This document shows, piece after piece, positions 1 to 10,421 of a stretch of DNA of 64,000 nt (position 1 is the stretch's first letter; each line of letters starts with the position of its first letter). Below the pieces are notes generated by a model. It worked only from the letters and a program-made list of their open reading frames with translations. It ran no database searches and was not told the origin of the DNA. This stretch comes from Myxococcota bacterium (GTDB lineage Bacteria > Myxococcota_A > Polyangia > Polyangiales > Sandaracinaceae). A program made the position numbers and the translations under genes. The stretch is from the NCBI GenBank assembly GCA_036149055.1, contig JAYZQJ010000133.1, positions 32,001 to 96,000 on the forward strand, in the 5' to 3' direction.

Positions 1-568
1 CCGCGATCGGGCCGCCGGTCTCGGGGAGGCGATAGACCGCGCCCGCGCCGCCGCCCGCCCCGGGGGCGCCGAAGAGCGCGACCCCGAACGGGTGCGGCGC
101 CCGGAGCGACGCGGCCGAGAAGCCGAAGCGCTGCCCGCCGGGCCCGGTGACGGTGCTGGTGAGGGTGGCGTCGTCCTCGCAGCGCAGCTCGACGGTGCCC
201 GACTCGGGCGCGACCGCGCCGACGCAGCGCTCGCGGCCGCCGTAGCGCGGCAGCCCGACCAAGGTGGCCCCGGCGCCGGTCGCGCACGGCGCGTCGACGT
301 CGCAGCCGTCGAGGATGGGGCCGTCGAGGCGGAGCTCGCCGTCGATGTGGAGCGGGTAGACGGTGAACGGAGAGTCGACGCCCGCGCCGGCGCCGATGCG
401 CGAGCCGGACGCGTCCCCGAAGGCGACGATCTGCTCGCCGAAGCCGGCCTTGGGGTAGTCGTCCGGCGGCGCGAGCGCGACCACCTGCGACTCGCCGCGC
501 AGATCCTCGAACTCGGTCGGCACGCAGCCGACGATCAGGAGCGCGCTCACGGCGAACACGGGGCGCAT
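1..568 (-). CDS. Lipoprotein with FG-GAP/integrin-alpha-like repeats (3' end outside window)
   Basis: Manual translation MRPVFAVSALLIVGC (lipobox-like), then GFGEQIV, RFGFSAA and LFGAPGAGGGAGAVY FG-GAP-like motifs; ATG overlaps the stop of the upstream PEGA gene. Confidence 0.65.
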   Translation of the reverse strand, partial: MRPVFAVSALLIVGCVPTEFEDLRGESQVVALAPPDDYPKAGFGEQIVAFGDASGSRIGAGAGVDSPFTVYPLHIDGELRLDGPILDGCDVDAPCATGAGATLVGLPRYGGRERCVGAVAPESGTVELRCEDDATLTSTVTGPGGQRFGFSAASLRAPHPFGVALFGAPGAGGGAGAVYRLPETGGPIA

Positions 569-2019
569 CAGAACCTCCCCGTGAAGCCGAGGCTGGCCGC
601 GCCGTTCACCGGGTCGATCATCGGCGCGAACGCCCAGTCGCGCGCCTCGCGGACCGAGCCCTCGCTCGGCGGCAGCGGGTCGTAGAGGAAGTAGTAGAGC
701 GCGAGCCCGCCGAGGATCACGCTCAGCCCGAAGGCGGCGTCGGCGGCGATGTAGAGGTAGAGGCCCTGGTCGAAGCGCGGGTCGTCGCTGGTGAGCCGCC
801 CCGCCTCCTGCTCGGCGCGGAGGCCGCTCATCCAGTCGTTGCCGAGCAGCGCGAGGGTCACCCCGCCGCCGATGAAGAGCGCGGTGAAGACGCTGGTCAC
901 CCAGGCGCTCCCCCGGTCGACGCCGGGGCGGAGGCGCACGCGCATCGGGGTGAGCTGCCCGTTCTCGATGGTCACCTGGGCCTCGAAGGCCTTCATGCCC
1001 TCCGACTCCACCCGCACCCGGTGCGGGCCCGCCGAGACCTGCCCCTCGTAGGGCACCTCGCCGACCTGCACGTCGTCGACGAGCACCCGCGCGCCCTCGA
1101 CGTTGGCGACCACCCGCAGGCGGCCGTACTCGACCCGGCTCAGCTCGAGCTGCACCGTGACGTCCTCGCCGACGCCGACCTCGACCTCGCGCTGGGCGAG
1201 CTGATAACCGGGCCGCTCGACCCAGATCTGGTGCGCGCCCACGGGGATCGGCGCCTCGAACGGCGTCTGCCCGCGCGGGCCCTGCGCGCGGTCGTCGATG
1301 TAGACCTGCGCCCCGGCGACGTCGCTCTGCACCCGGAGGTAGCCGAGGAACTCGCCCTGGCTCATCTCCACGATGACCACGTAGACCTTGCCCGGATCGA
1401 TCGAGACGCCTTGCTCCACCGTCTGGAAGTCGGGGTGCTCGACGACCACGTGATAGCGCCCCTCCGCGAGGGTGTGGGCGAAGGGCGTCGGCCCGCTCGA
1501 GACCTCGCGGTCTCCGTCCATCACCCGGATGGTCGCGCCGGCGGGGTTGGTGCGCACCGACAGGAGCGACATGAGGTTCTCGAGCGACTCCACCGGCTCG
1601 GGCGCCTCCTCGGGCGCCGGCGTCTCGGCCGGCTCGGGCGGCTCCGTCCCCTCGGGCGGGCTCTCCACCGGCGGCGGCGCGGCGGCCGCGCGCAGGCTCG
1701 CGATCCGCTCGCGCACCGACGCCGCGTCGGCGCTGCCCGGATCGGTCGAGAGGTAGCGCTCGAAGTAGTCGGCCGCGCGCCCCGGCTGCCCGGCGCGCTC
1801 GAGCGCCACGCCCGCGTTGTAGAGGAAGGCGCTGAACGGCTGCGCCTCGTAGGCCGCCTCGAACTCCGCCGCCGCCTCCTCGAACCGCGCCTGCAGGTAG
1901 AGCGCCTGACCGCGCTCCATGTGCTGCCGCGCGCGCTCGATCGCGCCTCCGTCATCCGTCTGCGCCCGCGCGGTCGCCGCCGAGAGCAGCACCGCGCAGG
2001 CCACCATCACCCATCGCAT
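568..2019 (-). CDS. TPR + PEGA domain-containing secreted/membrane protein
   Basis: Signal peptide, TPR-like N-terminus (FEEAAAEFEAAY...LYNAG), three PEGA repeats (VRTNPAGATI, VQSDVAGAQVYID, VANVEGARVLVD), C-terminal hydrophobic segments. Confidence 0.85.
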   Translation of the reverse strand: MRWVMVACAVLLSAATARAQTDDGGAIERARQHMERGQALYLQARFEEAAAEFEAAYEAQPFSAFLYNAGVALERAGQPGRAADYFERYLSTDPGSADAASVRERIASLRAAAAPPPVESPPEGTEPPEPAETPAPEEAPEPVESLENLMSLLSVRTNPAGATIRVMDGDREVSSGPTPFAHTLAEGRYHVVVEHPDFQTVEQGVSIDPGKVYVVIVEMSQGEFLGYLRVQSDVAGAQVYIDDRAQGPRGQTPFEAPIPVGAHQIWVERPGYQLAQREVEVGVGEDVTVQLELSRVEYGRLRVVANVEGARVLVDDVQVGEVPYEGQVSAGPHRVRVESEGMKAFEAQVTIENGQLTPMRVRLRPGVDRGSAWVTSVFTALFIGGGVTLALLGNDWMSGLRAEQEAGRLTSDDPRFDQGLYLYIAADAAFGLSVILGGLALYYFLYDPLPPSEGSVREARDWAFAPMIDPVNGAASLGFTGRF

Positions 2020-2076
2020 TCGCGTCTCTCCCCTCGCCCCGACTCTATCGCATCGAGGGGGCGGGCAGCGACGGCG

Positions 2077-3363
2077 TCAATAAACGAAGGGCACGATCCG
2101 GTGCGGGACGCGGCGGCAGTACTCGTCCCAGTCGTCGCCGTACTTCTCTTTGCAGAGCGCGTGGTCGCGGCGCTCGCGGTTGATGAGGAGGGGCGCGAAG
2201 TAGATGAAGTAGAAGTAGGGGACGACCGAGGCGAAGCCGCAGGCGAGGCACCAGGCGAGCGCCATCATGAGGTCGCCCATGTAGTTGGTGTGCCGGGCGA
2301 GGCCCCACCAGCCGCTCAAGAGAAGCGAGGTGCCGCGCTTGGTCTTCAGCACCTTGGGCGGCTTGCCCCAGACCTTCGCGCTCGGGTCCCGACGGAAGCG
2401 CTGCTTCTGCAGGTTGGAGTCGCGGAAGACGACGTAGCCCGTGAAGTTGAGGACGAGCAGGCCGACGATGGCCCAGATCGGCAGGTCGGTCGGCTCGGCG
2501 AGCAGGTACTGCTGCTGCAGGGTGAAGTTGAAGGGGATCCACACGAGGAACGCGTGGGTGAGCATGAACCCGTAGTTCTCGTAGATGATGTCGAGCATCG
2601 AGAGCAGGTTCGACTCGAAGACGAAGAAGTCGGTGATGTAGAAGAGCTGGCAGATCGTCACGACCCACATCGCGCTCGAGATGCTGCCGGTGCGCTCGAG
2701 CTCGGCGGCCGGCAGGAGCACCGCGAGCGCGCCCCACGAGCCCATGCCCACGTGCGACTCGAAGAAGAACTTCAGGTCGAACAGGCCGAAGCGCGGGTTG
2801 AGCACCGTGCCCATGTAGAAGTCGTAGGCGACGTTGCCGCTCGAGCGCTCGAGCGGGCCGCGCTGCCGGCCCCAGGCGTAGAACCAGACCGCGAGCGCCA
2901 CCGCGACCAGCGTGGCGAGGGTCAGCAGCGGGCCGAGCTCCGCGAGCACCGACGACGCCGACAGGGTGCCGGTGGCGAGGAGCGCGAGCAGCACGCCGAT
3001 GGACACCACGAACGCGCTCAGCCCGTTGAGCTTGTACTTCAGCCGCTCGCCGTTCGGCAGGAGCGCGCCCTCGACCACCTTGCCGGGGCAGACGAGCTGC
3101 AGCACCACGTGGAGCGCGAGCCAGCCGCCGAGCATCGCGGTCGCCCGCCAGGTCGGCGCGGGGACCATCGCCGTCAGCTCCGCGAGCGACGTGGGCACCC
3201 AGAGCGAGCCGTCGTGCAGGCTGACGCTGGCCCAGAGATAGAAGGACACGACCGGCATCACGATCGTGAGCGCGAGCGCCCCGATCGGTCCGCCGAAGTG
3301 GTCCGCGGGCACGCGCTCGGCGGCCTCGGTGGACAGGGGCTGGGTGCTGCTCTGGCTCGTCAC
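2077..3363 (-). CDS. ERG4/ERG24-family sterol reductase (Delta14-sterol reductase-like)
   Basis: YDFYMGTVLNPR, LLLSGWWGLARHTNYMGD and C-terminal CKEKYGDDWDEYCRRVPHRIVPFVY signatures; multi-TM. Confidence 0.9.
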   Translation of the reverse strand: MTSQSSTQPLSTEAAERVPADHFGGPIGALALTIVMPVVSFYLWASVSLHDGSLWVPTSLAELTAMVPAPTWRATAMLGGWLALHVVLQLVCPGKVVEGALLPNGERLKYKLNGLSAFVVSIGVLLALLATGTLSASSVLAELGPLLTLATLVAVALAVWFYAWGRQRGPLERSSGNVAYDFYMGTVLNPRFGLFDLKFFFESHVGMGSWGALAVLLPAAELERTGSISSAMWVVTICQLFYITDFFVFESNLLSMLDIIYENYGFMLTHAFLVWIPFNFTLQQQYLLAEPTDLPIWAIVGLLVLNFTGYVVFRDSNLQKQRFRRDPSAKVWGKPPKVLKTKRGTSLLLSGWWGLARHTNYMGDLMMALAWCLACGFASVVPYFYFIYFAPLLINRERRDHALCKEKYGDDWDEYCRRVPHRIVPFVY

Positions 3364-3405
3364 GGCGCGCCACCATAGCGGCCGAGCCCCCGGCTGACCA
3401 TCCGA

Positions 3406-3786
3406 TCAGAACGGGTCGACCATGTCGCCTCGGCACTTCGGACAGCGCCCCCAGCGCGCGCGCCCGATGAAGTCGCACGACGTGCACGTCTTGTCGCGCC
3501 CGCGCGCCAGCACCCAGAGCGAGCTCAGCAGGTCTCGCGCCCAGACGACCACCAGGCCCACGGCCACGAACGCGATCAGCGCGACGAGGCCGAAGCCGTC
3601 CATGTCTCCGGATCCGCTCCAGCCGCCCGGCGCCGAGGACGAGCCCCCGCTCGAGCCGCCCCCGGACGTGGCCTCCGGCGCGCCGAACCGGTCGCCGCCG
3701 TAGCTCCCGCCGGTCTGCTGCGCCGCGAGCCCCGCCGGGGTCGCCAGGAGGAGCGCGAGCAGCGCGAGGACGCTCGAGAGCCGCAT
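3406..3786 (-). CDS. Small membrane protein, Gly/Ser-rich, with C-terminal Zn ribbon
   Basis: Signal peptide, GS-rich linker, TM helix, CTSC...CPKC. Confidence 0.6.
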   Translation of the reverse strand: MRLSSVLALLALLLATPAGLAAQQTGGSYGGDRFGAPEATSGGGSSGGSSSAPGGWSGSGDMDGFGLVALIAFVAVGLVVVWARDLLSSLWVLARGRDKTCTSCDFIGRARWGRCPKCRGDMVDPF

Positions 3787-3848
3787 GCCCCCGAGGGTAC
3801 GCGACGTAACGACTCCCGGTCTCGCGCCTAAGCGCTACATCAAGAGTG

Positions 3849-4382
3849 ATGAGTGAACCCTCTCGATGGCGGCGGAGCCTGCGCGCGGCGTGGCCCTGGC
3901 TGCTGATGGCCGGGGCGATCGGGCTCTGGACGTTCGGCCGCGGCGGCCCGGCGATCGAGGAGGGCGCGCCCGCGCCGGCGCTCGTGGTGCCCTGGACCGG
4001 GGGCGGCGAGCTCGACCTCGGCGCCCGCGAGGGCAAGGTCACGGTGCTCGCCTTCTGGGCGACCTGGTGCGGGGCCTGCCGCGCCGAGGGCCCCGTCCTC
4101 TCCCGGGTGCACGAGCGGCTCCGCGAGCGCGGCGACGAGGTCATCGGCGTGTCGGTGGACGAGCTGCCCCTCGAGCGCGTGCACGACCGCGCCCGCGCCT
4201 ACGGCATGGACTACCCGATCGCGCTCGCGAGCCGCGCCGACACCGATCGCTTCCAGGTCGAGCTCCTCCCGACCATCTACGTCATCGGCCCCGATCGCCG
4301 CATCGCCGCCGCGTTCACCGGCGGCGTCGGCGAGTCGAGCTTGATGGAGGCGGTCGAGCGCGCCCGCGCCCGCTCCAAGTGA
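3849..4382 (+). CDS. TlpA/ResA-like thiol-disulfide oxidoreductase
   Basis: N-terminal TM, FWATWCGACRAE, LPTIYVIG. Confidence 0.9.
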   Translation: MSEPSRWRRSLRAAWPWLLMAGAIGLWTFGRGGPAIEEGAPAPALVVPWTGGGELDLGAREGKVTVLAFWATWCGACRAEGPVLSRVHERLRERGDEVIGVSVDELPLERVHDRARAYGMDYPIALASRADTDRFQVELLPTIYVIGPDRRIAAAFTGGVGESSLMEAVERARARSK

Positions 4383-4383
4383 T

Positions 4384-6042
4384 CTAAGCGATCAGCTTGC
4401 CCGGGTTCATGATGCCCTCCGGGTCGAGGGCCGCCTTGGTGGCCTCGAGCACGCTCATGCCGAGCGCGCCCTTCTCCGCCGGGAGCCAGTCGGCGTGGTC
4501 GACGCCGACCCCGTGGTGGTGGCTGATCGTGCCGCCGTTCTCGCTGATCGCGCGGCTCGCCGCCTCCTTGATGCGCCGCCACTGGCCGACCTCGTCGTCC
4601 AGGTCGCGCCCGAAGAGGAAGGTGAAGTACAGGCTCGTGCCCGACAGGTAGGTGTGGCTGATGTGGGCGAGCACCTGCCCCCGGTGGCCGCCGGCCGCGA
4701 TCGCGCCGAGGATGGCCCCGCGCACCGCGCCGTAGAGCCGCGGCACGTTGGCCCAGGTGGTCGAGGTCTCGAGGGTGTCGAGGCCCACGCCGCGGTCGAG
4801 CAGCGGGTCGCGGAAGTAGGGCATCGAGAAGCGGTTCTCGTACCAGCTGTTGCCGGGCCCGCGCCCGACGAAGAGGCCGCCCTTGCGGGTCGCGATCGCG
4901 AACGCGTGCCGCCAGCTCATGCGCACGATGGCCGCCGGGCCCTCGAAGCCGACCATCAGCACGCAGGGCGCGTCGAAGCCGACCTTGCCGAGCGCGCCGA
5001 GCGCGATCTCCTGCGCCTTGGACGGCTTGAGCACCGCCTTGAACTCGCCGTAGAAGTGCGTCTCGGCCACGTCGCTGAGCCGCAGGGTCGAGACCGGCAG
5101 CTCGGCCTGGGTGATCGCGCGCACCGCCTCCACCCCGCTCTCCCAGTCGCGGAAGAGGAAGGAGACGAAGTCCCGCGCCTCGGCCGTCTCGTGGATCTTC
5201 ACGGTGGCCTCGGTGATCACGCCGAGCGCGCCCTCCGAGCCGGCGATGACCTGGTTGAGGTCCGGGCCGGCGGCCGACGCGGGGAACGGCTGGGTGCGCC
5301 ACTCGCCCTTCGGGGTGGCGACCCGGGCGGCGACGAGCTGCTTGGCCGCGCCGCCGTAGCGGTTGGACTGCTGGCCGGCGCCCCGGGCCGCGATCCAGCC
5401 GCCGAGGGTGGAGAACTCGAACGACTGCGGGAAGTGCCCGAGCGTGTAGCCGCGCTCGGCGAGCACCTCCTCGAGCTCGGGCCCGTAGATGCCCGCCTCG
5501 AACGTCGCGGTGAGGCTCGTCTCGTCGAGATCGAGCAGCCGGCTCATGCGCGTCGTGTCCAGGGTGACCACGCCCGCCTGGCCGCCGTCCTTCCGGGCCT
5601 CGACGCCGCCGACCACCGAGGAGCCGCCCCCGAAGGGCACCACCGCGACGCGCTGCTCGGTGCAGTACGCGAGGATCTGCACCACCTCGTCGTGGCTCTC
5701 CGGATAGACGACCGCGTCCGGCGCCTCGGCGATCTCGCCGGACCGGATGCGGACCAGGTCGTAGTAGCTCTTGCCCACCGCGTGGAACGCGCGCTCGTAG
5801 GCGTCGGTGCGCACCCGGTCGTCGGCGGTGATGGCGCGGAGCTGGTCCAGCACCTCCTCCCGCAGCTCGACCGACGGCAGCGTCAGCGCGTCGAGGGGCT
5901 TGGCCGGCGTGTCCGGCAGGGTGTCGACGCCCAGGGCGTCCTTCACGAAGCGCCACACCTCGGCGTCCCGGCCGTGGAGGTCGAAGCTCTGCGCCTTCAG
6001 CCCCCAGCCATTGAAACGAAGCTCGTCGCGGCGATATCGCAT
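4384..6042 (-). CDS. FAD-binding oxidoreductase, alkyl-dihydroxyacetonephosphate synthase-like
   Basis: FNGWG, PFGGGSSVVGG, GHFPQSFEFSTLGGW, GSEGALGVITE, HISHTY, ISHHHGVG, MNPGKL. Confidence 0.85.
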   Translation of the reverse strand: MRYRRDELRFNGWGLKAQSFDLHGRDAEVWRFVKDALGVDTLPDTPAKPLDALTLPSVELREEVLDQLRAITADDRVRTDAYERAFHAVGKSYYDLVRIRSGEIAEAPDAVVYPESHDEVVQILAYCTEQRVAVVPFGGGSSVVGGVEARKDGGQAGVVTLDTTRMSRLLDLDETSLTATFEAGIYGPELEEVLAERGYTLGHFPQSFEFSTLGGWIAARGAGQQSNRYGGAAKQLVAARVATPKGEWRTQPFPASAAGPDLNQVIAGSEGALGVITEATVKIHETAEARDFVSFLFRDWESGVEAVRAITQAELPVSTLRLSDVAETHFYGEFKAVLKPSKAQEIALGALGKVGFDAPCVLMVGFEGPAAIVRMSWRHAFAIATRKGGLFVGRGPGNSWYENRFSMPYFRDPLLDRGVGLDTLETSTTWANVPRLYGAVRGAILGAIAAGGHRGQVLAHISHTYLSGTSLYFTFLFGRDLDDEVGQWRRIKEAASRAISENGGTISHHHGVGVDHADWLPAEKGALGMSVLEATKAALDPEGIMNPGKLIA

Positions 6043-6087
6043 GGGAGGCGAGCCTGCCGCGGCGCGATGCCCCGGGCAACCGCCGTC

Positions 6088-6115
6088 TTGACTGAGATTC
6101 CGGGCGCCCTATGGT
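6088..6115 (+). promoter_or_regulatory. Candidate sigma70 promoter for ribA
   Basis: TTGACT-N16-TATGGT about 115 nt upstream of the ribA ATG. Confidence 0.4.
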
Positions 6116-6228
6116 CACCCGGCCCCGTCCCGGGAGAGGGGCAACGTCTCCCGAACGTGGTTAGGATCCTCGTGGACGCGCTCCACGCTCGAACCCAGGG
6201 TTTTGCCAACCAAAAGGTGGCTGACCCG

Positions 6229-6888
6229 ATGAACTTCGCACTCATGACCGACCCGACCCGAGAGACGACCGTCGAACGTTACGCGGAAGCGGACGTGCCG
6301 ACCGAGTACGGCCTCTTCAAGCTGATCGTGTACCGCGAGCGAGGCACCAAGGACCTCGTCGAGCACGTCGCGGTGGTCAAAGGCGACGTCTCCGGCAAGC
6401 ACGGCGTGCACATCCGCGTGCACTCCGAGTGCCTCACCGGCGAGGTGCTGCACTCGATGAAGTGCGACTGCCGCGAGCAGCTCGACTTCGGCCTCCGTCA
6501 CATCAGCGACGAGGACCACGGCGCGGTGCTCTACCTCCGCCAGGAGGGCCGCGGCATCGGCCTCGGCAACAAGATCAAGGCGTACGCGCTCCAGCAGAAG
6601 GGCATCGACACGGTCGACGCCAACCGGATGCTGGGCTTCGAGGACGACCTCCGCCGCTACCACATCGCGACCGACATGCTCTCCGACCTCGGGGTCGAGT
6701 CGGTGGTGCTGCTGACGAACAACCCGGCCAAGGTCGACGCCCTGCGCAACGACGGTGTCCAGGTCAGCGGCCGCCTCCCGGTGCACATCGAGCCGAACGA
6801 GCACAGCCGCGACTACCTGCTGACCAAGCGCGCCCGCATGGGCCACATGCTCGGCAACCTCGGCGAGCTCCTCCTCGACGCCGAGTAG
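6229..6888 (+). CDS. ribA: GTP cyclohydrolase II
   Basis: RVHSECLTGE...SMKCDCREQL, YLRQEGRGIGLGNKIKAY, LLTNNPAK, YLLTKRARMGH; start taken at MNFALM within the long ORF. Confidence 0.95.
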   Translation: MNFALMTDPTRETTVERYAEADVPTEYGLFKLIVYRERGTKDLVEHVAVVKGDVSGKHGVHIRVHSECLTGEVLHSMKCDCREQLDFGLRHISDEDHGAVLYLRQEGRGIGLGNKIKAYALQQKGIDTVDANRMLGFEDDLRRYHIATDMLSDLGVESVVLLTNNPAKVDALRNDGVQVSGRLPVHIEPNEHSRDYLLTKRARMGHMLGNLGELLLDAE

Positions 6889-6912
6889 GCGACGGGGCAT
6901 CCTCGCCCCGAG

Positions 6913-7269
6913 ATGGAGTGCGCGGAGCACGGCTTGCACGGTGCCTGCGTGCGCTGCGGCAGCTTCGTCTGTCGCGCGTGCCGGCGCTGGGTCGACGAGC
7001 GGCTGCACTGCGCCGCCTGCCAGGCGCGGGTCGGTGACGGGCCGGGGACGCTGGCGATGGCGGCGGCCCTCTGCTCGACCCTCGGCCTCGGCTGTCTGCT
7101 CCCCGGCGCGCTCGGCGCGATCCTCGGCGGCCTGGCGCTGCGGGCCATCCAGCGCGGCGCCGCGCCCCCGGCGGGGAGGCCGTTCGCGCGGCTCGCGCTC
7201 TGGCTCGGCCTCGCCGAGGTGGCCGCGCTGATCGTCGCCCTGCTTTTTCTGTCCGCCACGAGCGCGTAG
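6913..7269 (+). CDS. Small Cys-rich (B-box-like) + DUF4190-like membrane protein
   Basis: CxxH-CxxC-CxxC-CxxC N-terminus followed by two TM segments. Confidence 0.55.
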   Translation: MECAEHGLHGACVRCGSFVCRACRRWVDERLHCAACQARVGDGPGTLAMAAALCSTLGLGCLLPGALGAILGGLALRAIQRGAAPPAGRPFARLALWLGLAEVAALIVALLFLSATSA

Positions 7270-7278
7270 CATCGCCGG

Positions 7279-7908
7279 ATGCCGAAAAAGAAGTTCGCCG
7301 TCGAGGAGGGCGCGCCGAAGCGCCTCGAGGTGGAGTGGAGCGGGCAGTTCGACACCACGACCTTCCGCTGGGACGGCGCGACGCTGAGCGAGCACGACGG
7401 GTTCGAGATGACGGAGGGCGTGACCCTGTCCCTGCCCGAGGGCTTCACCGTCGAGGCCATGGCCGTCCGAGGCGGCGGCCTCTGGCCCGGCAGCAAGGTG
7501 AAGCGGCTCACGCTCCGTTTCCCGGACGGCTCCCCGGTGCCCGGCTCCGGCGAGGACCCGCGAGAGGCGAGCAGGCAGGCAGGCTACCTGCTCTACTTCA
7601 TCGCCGGGCTGAACGCGCTCTGCGGCGTCTTCGCGATCGTGACCGGCGCCGACGCTTTCGCGGCGGCCGGGATCGGCGTCGGGCAGATGTGCGCGGGCGT
7701 CCTCTACGGCGTCCTCGGCCTGTTCACCATGCGGGGCTCGCGCGTCGCGCTCGCCATCGCGATGGGGCTGTACGCGGTCGACGGGATCGCCACGCTGGCC
7801 ATGAGCGTGGCCGAAGGCGGGAGGCCGAGCGTGTTCGGCCTCTTCATCCGGATCGGCTTCTTGATCGCGCTCGGCACGGCGTTCCGGACGATGAAGCCAC
7901 GGCGTTGA
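7279..7908 (+). CDS. Hypothetical membrane protein
   Basis: Soluble N-terminal half, about 4 TM C-terminal half, coding-like GC3. Confidence 0.7.
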   Translation: MPKKKFAVEEGAPKRLEVEWSGQFDTTTFRWDGATLSEHDGFEMTEGVTLSLPEGFTVEAMAVRGGGLWPGSKVKRLTLRFPDGSPVPGSGEDPREASRQAGYLLYFIAGLNALCGVFAIVTGADAFAAAGIGVGQMCAGVLYGVLGLFTMRGSRVALAIAMGLYAVDGIATLAMSVAEGGRPSVFGLFIRIGFLIALGTAFRTMKPRR

Positions 7909-9034
7909 TAGAGTGGAGGCGTGAGAGCCCTCGCGTTCGCCGTCGCCCTGGCCGGATGCGCCGACGTGGGCGCGGCGAGGGCGCCGATCGCGAACGGCGT
8001 CGAGGCGCCAGGCGAGGCGAGCGTCGAGGCGAGCGTGGTCGCGCTCGTCGATGCTCGAGGCGACCTGCGGTGCTCGGGCGCGCTCATCGGAGAGCGCGTG
8101 GTGCTGACCGCGGCCCACTGCGCGGCCGACTCGGCCCGGGCGGAGCCCGACGTGGCCGTGGTCTTCGGTCCCCGCACCGACGAGGAGGGCGTCGCGATCC
8201 TCGAGGCGCGCGCGCACCCGGACTGGCGCGGCGAGGCCGACGCCGACGTCGCGCTCCTGCTCCTCGCCGAGCCCGCGAGCGCCGCGCCGCTGCCGCTCGC
8301 TCCGGGCGCCGCCGCCGCGCCGCCGCCGGTCTCGGTCCGGCTGGTGGGCTACGGGCTCACCGCCGCCGGGGCCGACGACGACGACCGACGGCGCGCCGGC
8401 GACGCGGTCACCACCGAGGTCACGCCGGGCCACGTGGTCCTCGGCGCCGACCCCGCGCTCGCCTGCCGCGGCGACTCCGGGGGCCCGGCGCTGATCGACG
8501 GCGCGGTGGCGGCGGTCATCAGCCGGGGAGACGCCGCGTGCGAGACCCGCACCCGCGCCGCCCGCGTCGACGCGGTCCTGCCGTTCCTGGAGGCCACCCT
8601 CGCCGACTGGGCGGACGGAGCGCGCGGCGCGGGAGAGTGGTGCCTGCACGCCGACCACTGCGAGGGCGGCGCCTGCGTCGAGGCGCCGGACGAGCCGGCG
8701 ATCCGCTACTGCGACGCCCCCTGCGCGGCCGACGCCGACTGCCCGGCGGCGATGACCTGCGCCTCCGGCCGCTGCGCCTACCCGACGCCGACGCCGGGCG
8801 CCTTCGGGGGCCCGTGCGCGTCGGACGCCGAGTGCGCGCGCGGCGAGTGCGTCGACGACCCGTCGTTCTGCAGCGTGCGCTGCGTGACCGGACGCGGCGA
8901 CTGCCCGAGCGGCGCGAGCTGCGCTCACCTCGGCGGCGTCGACTTCTTCTGCGTCCCCGACCCGGCCCCCGCCGGCTGCGCCATCGCACCGACGCGCAGG
9001 TCCGGCGCGGGGCTCCTGCTCGTCCTCGCGCTCC

Positions 9035-9631
<597 letters not shown>

Positions 9632-9664
9632 GGGCGCCTCCTCGTGTTTCGAGCAGGTTACCAG

Positions 9665-9677
9665 CTTGTCTGACAAG
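9665..9677. promoter_or_regulatory. Candidate FadR/GntR operator
   Basis: Perfect palindrome CTTGTC-T-GACAAG in the 70-bp divergent gap; fits the FadR TxGT-N(0-3)-ACxA pattern. Confidence 0.6.
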
Positions 9678-9701
9678 TTTCCAGCAGGTATCTTCCGGGT
9701 C

Positions 9702-10421
9702 ATGGAGGACGTCTTCGATCGCGCGCTCGCCGAGGTGGGCCGAGAGCCCCTGTGCATGACCGTGGCCAGCCAGATCCGGGCCTCGATCCTCTCGGGCGCC
9801 CTCTCGGACGGCACCGCGCTGCCCAGCGAGAAGGAGCTGTCGGCCCGGCTCGGGGTCGGCCGCTCCACCGTCCGGGAGGCCCTCCGCATCTTGCAGGCGC
9901 AGGGCCTGATCAGCGGCGGCAGCTCCGTCTCCACCAAGGGCCCGGTGGTCACCCGGGACGGCGCCCTGCCGATCGCCGCCTCCGCGCTCGAGGCGGTGGT
10001 GGCCCTCGGTCAGGTCCCCCTCGCCGACCTCGTCGGGCTCCGCACCCTGATCGAGAGCGCGGCGCTGCGGGCGGCCGCGGAGGCCCGGCGGGAGGACGCG
10101 CTCGAGGCGGCCGAGGCGGCCCTCGAGGAGATGCGCGCGGCCGGCGCCGACGTCGAGCGCGCCCACCGGGCCGACGTCGCGTTCCACGCCGCGCTGATCG
10201 ACGGCGCCGACAACGGCGCCTACTCCCTCGTCTACCGGGTGCTGCGCGAGAGCATCGCCGCCCACCTCCGCGACGCGCTCGACGCCGAGCCCGACCCGGG
10301 CGGCACCGTCGCGCGCCTGGTCGCGGAGCACGAGGACATCCTCGAGGCGGTGCGCGCCGGCGACGGTCACGCGGCGGCGGCGACCCTGCGCGGCCACCTC
10401 GACGGGTTCTACGGATCATGA
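9702..10421 (+). CDS. FadR/GntR family transcriptional regulator
   Basis: LPSEKELSARLGVGRSTVREALRIL wHTH; FCD domain DVAFH...EHEDIL...HL. Confidence 0.9.
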   Translation: MEDVFDRALAEVGREPLCMTVASQIRASILSGALSDGTALPSEKELSARLGVGRSTVREALRILQAQGLISGGSSVSTKGPVVTRDGALPIAASALEAVVALGQVPLADLVGLRTLIESAALRAAAEARREDALEAAEAALEEMRAAGADVERAHRADVAFHAALIDGADNGAYSLVYRVLRESIAAHLRDALDAEPDPGGTVARLVAEHEDILEAVRAGDGHAAAATLRGHLDGFYGS

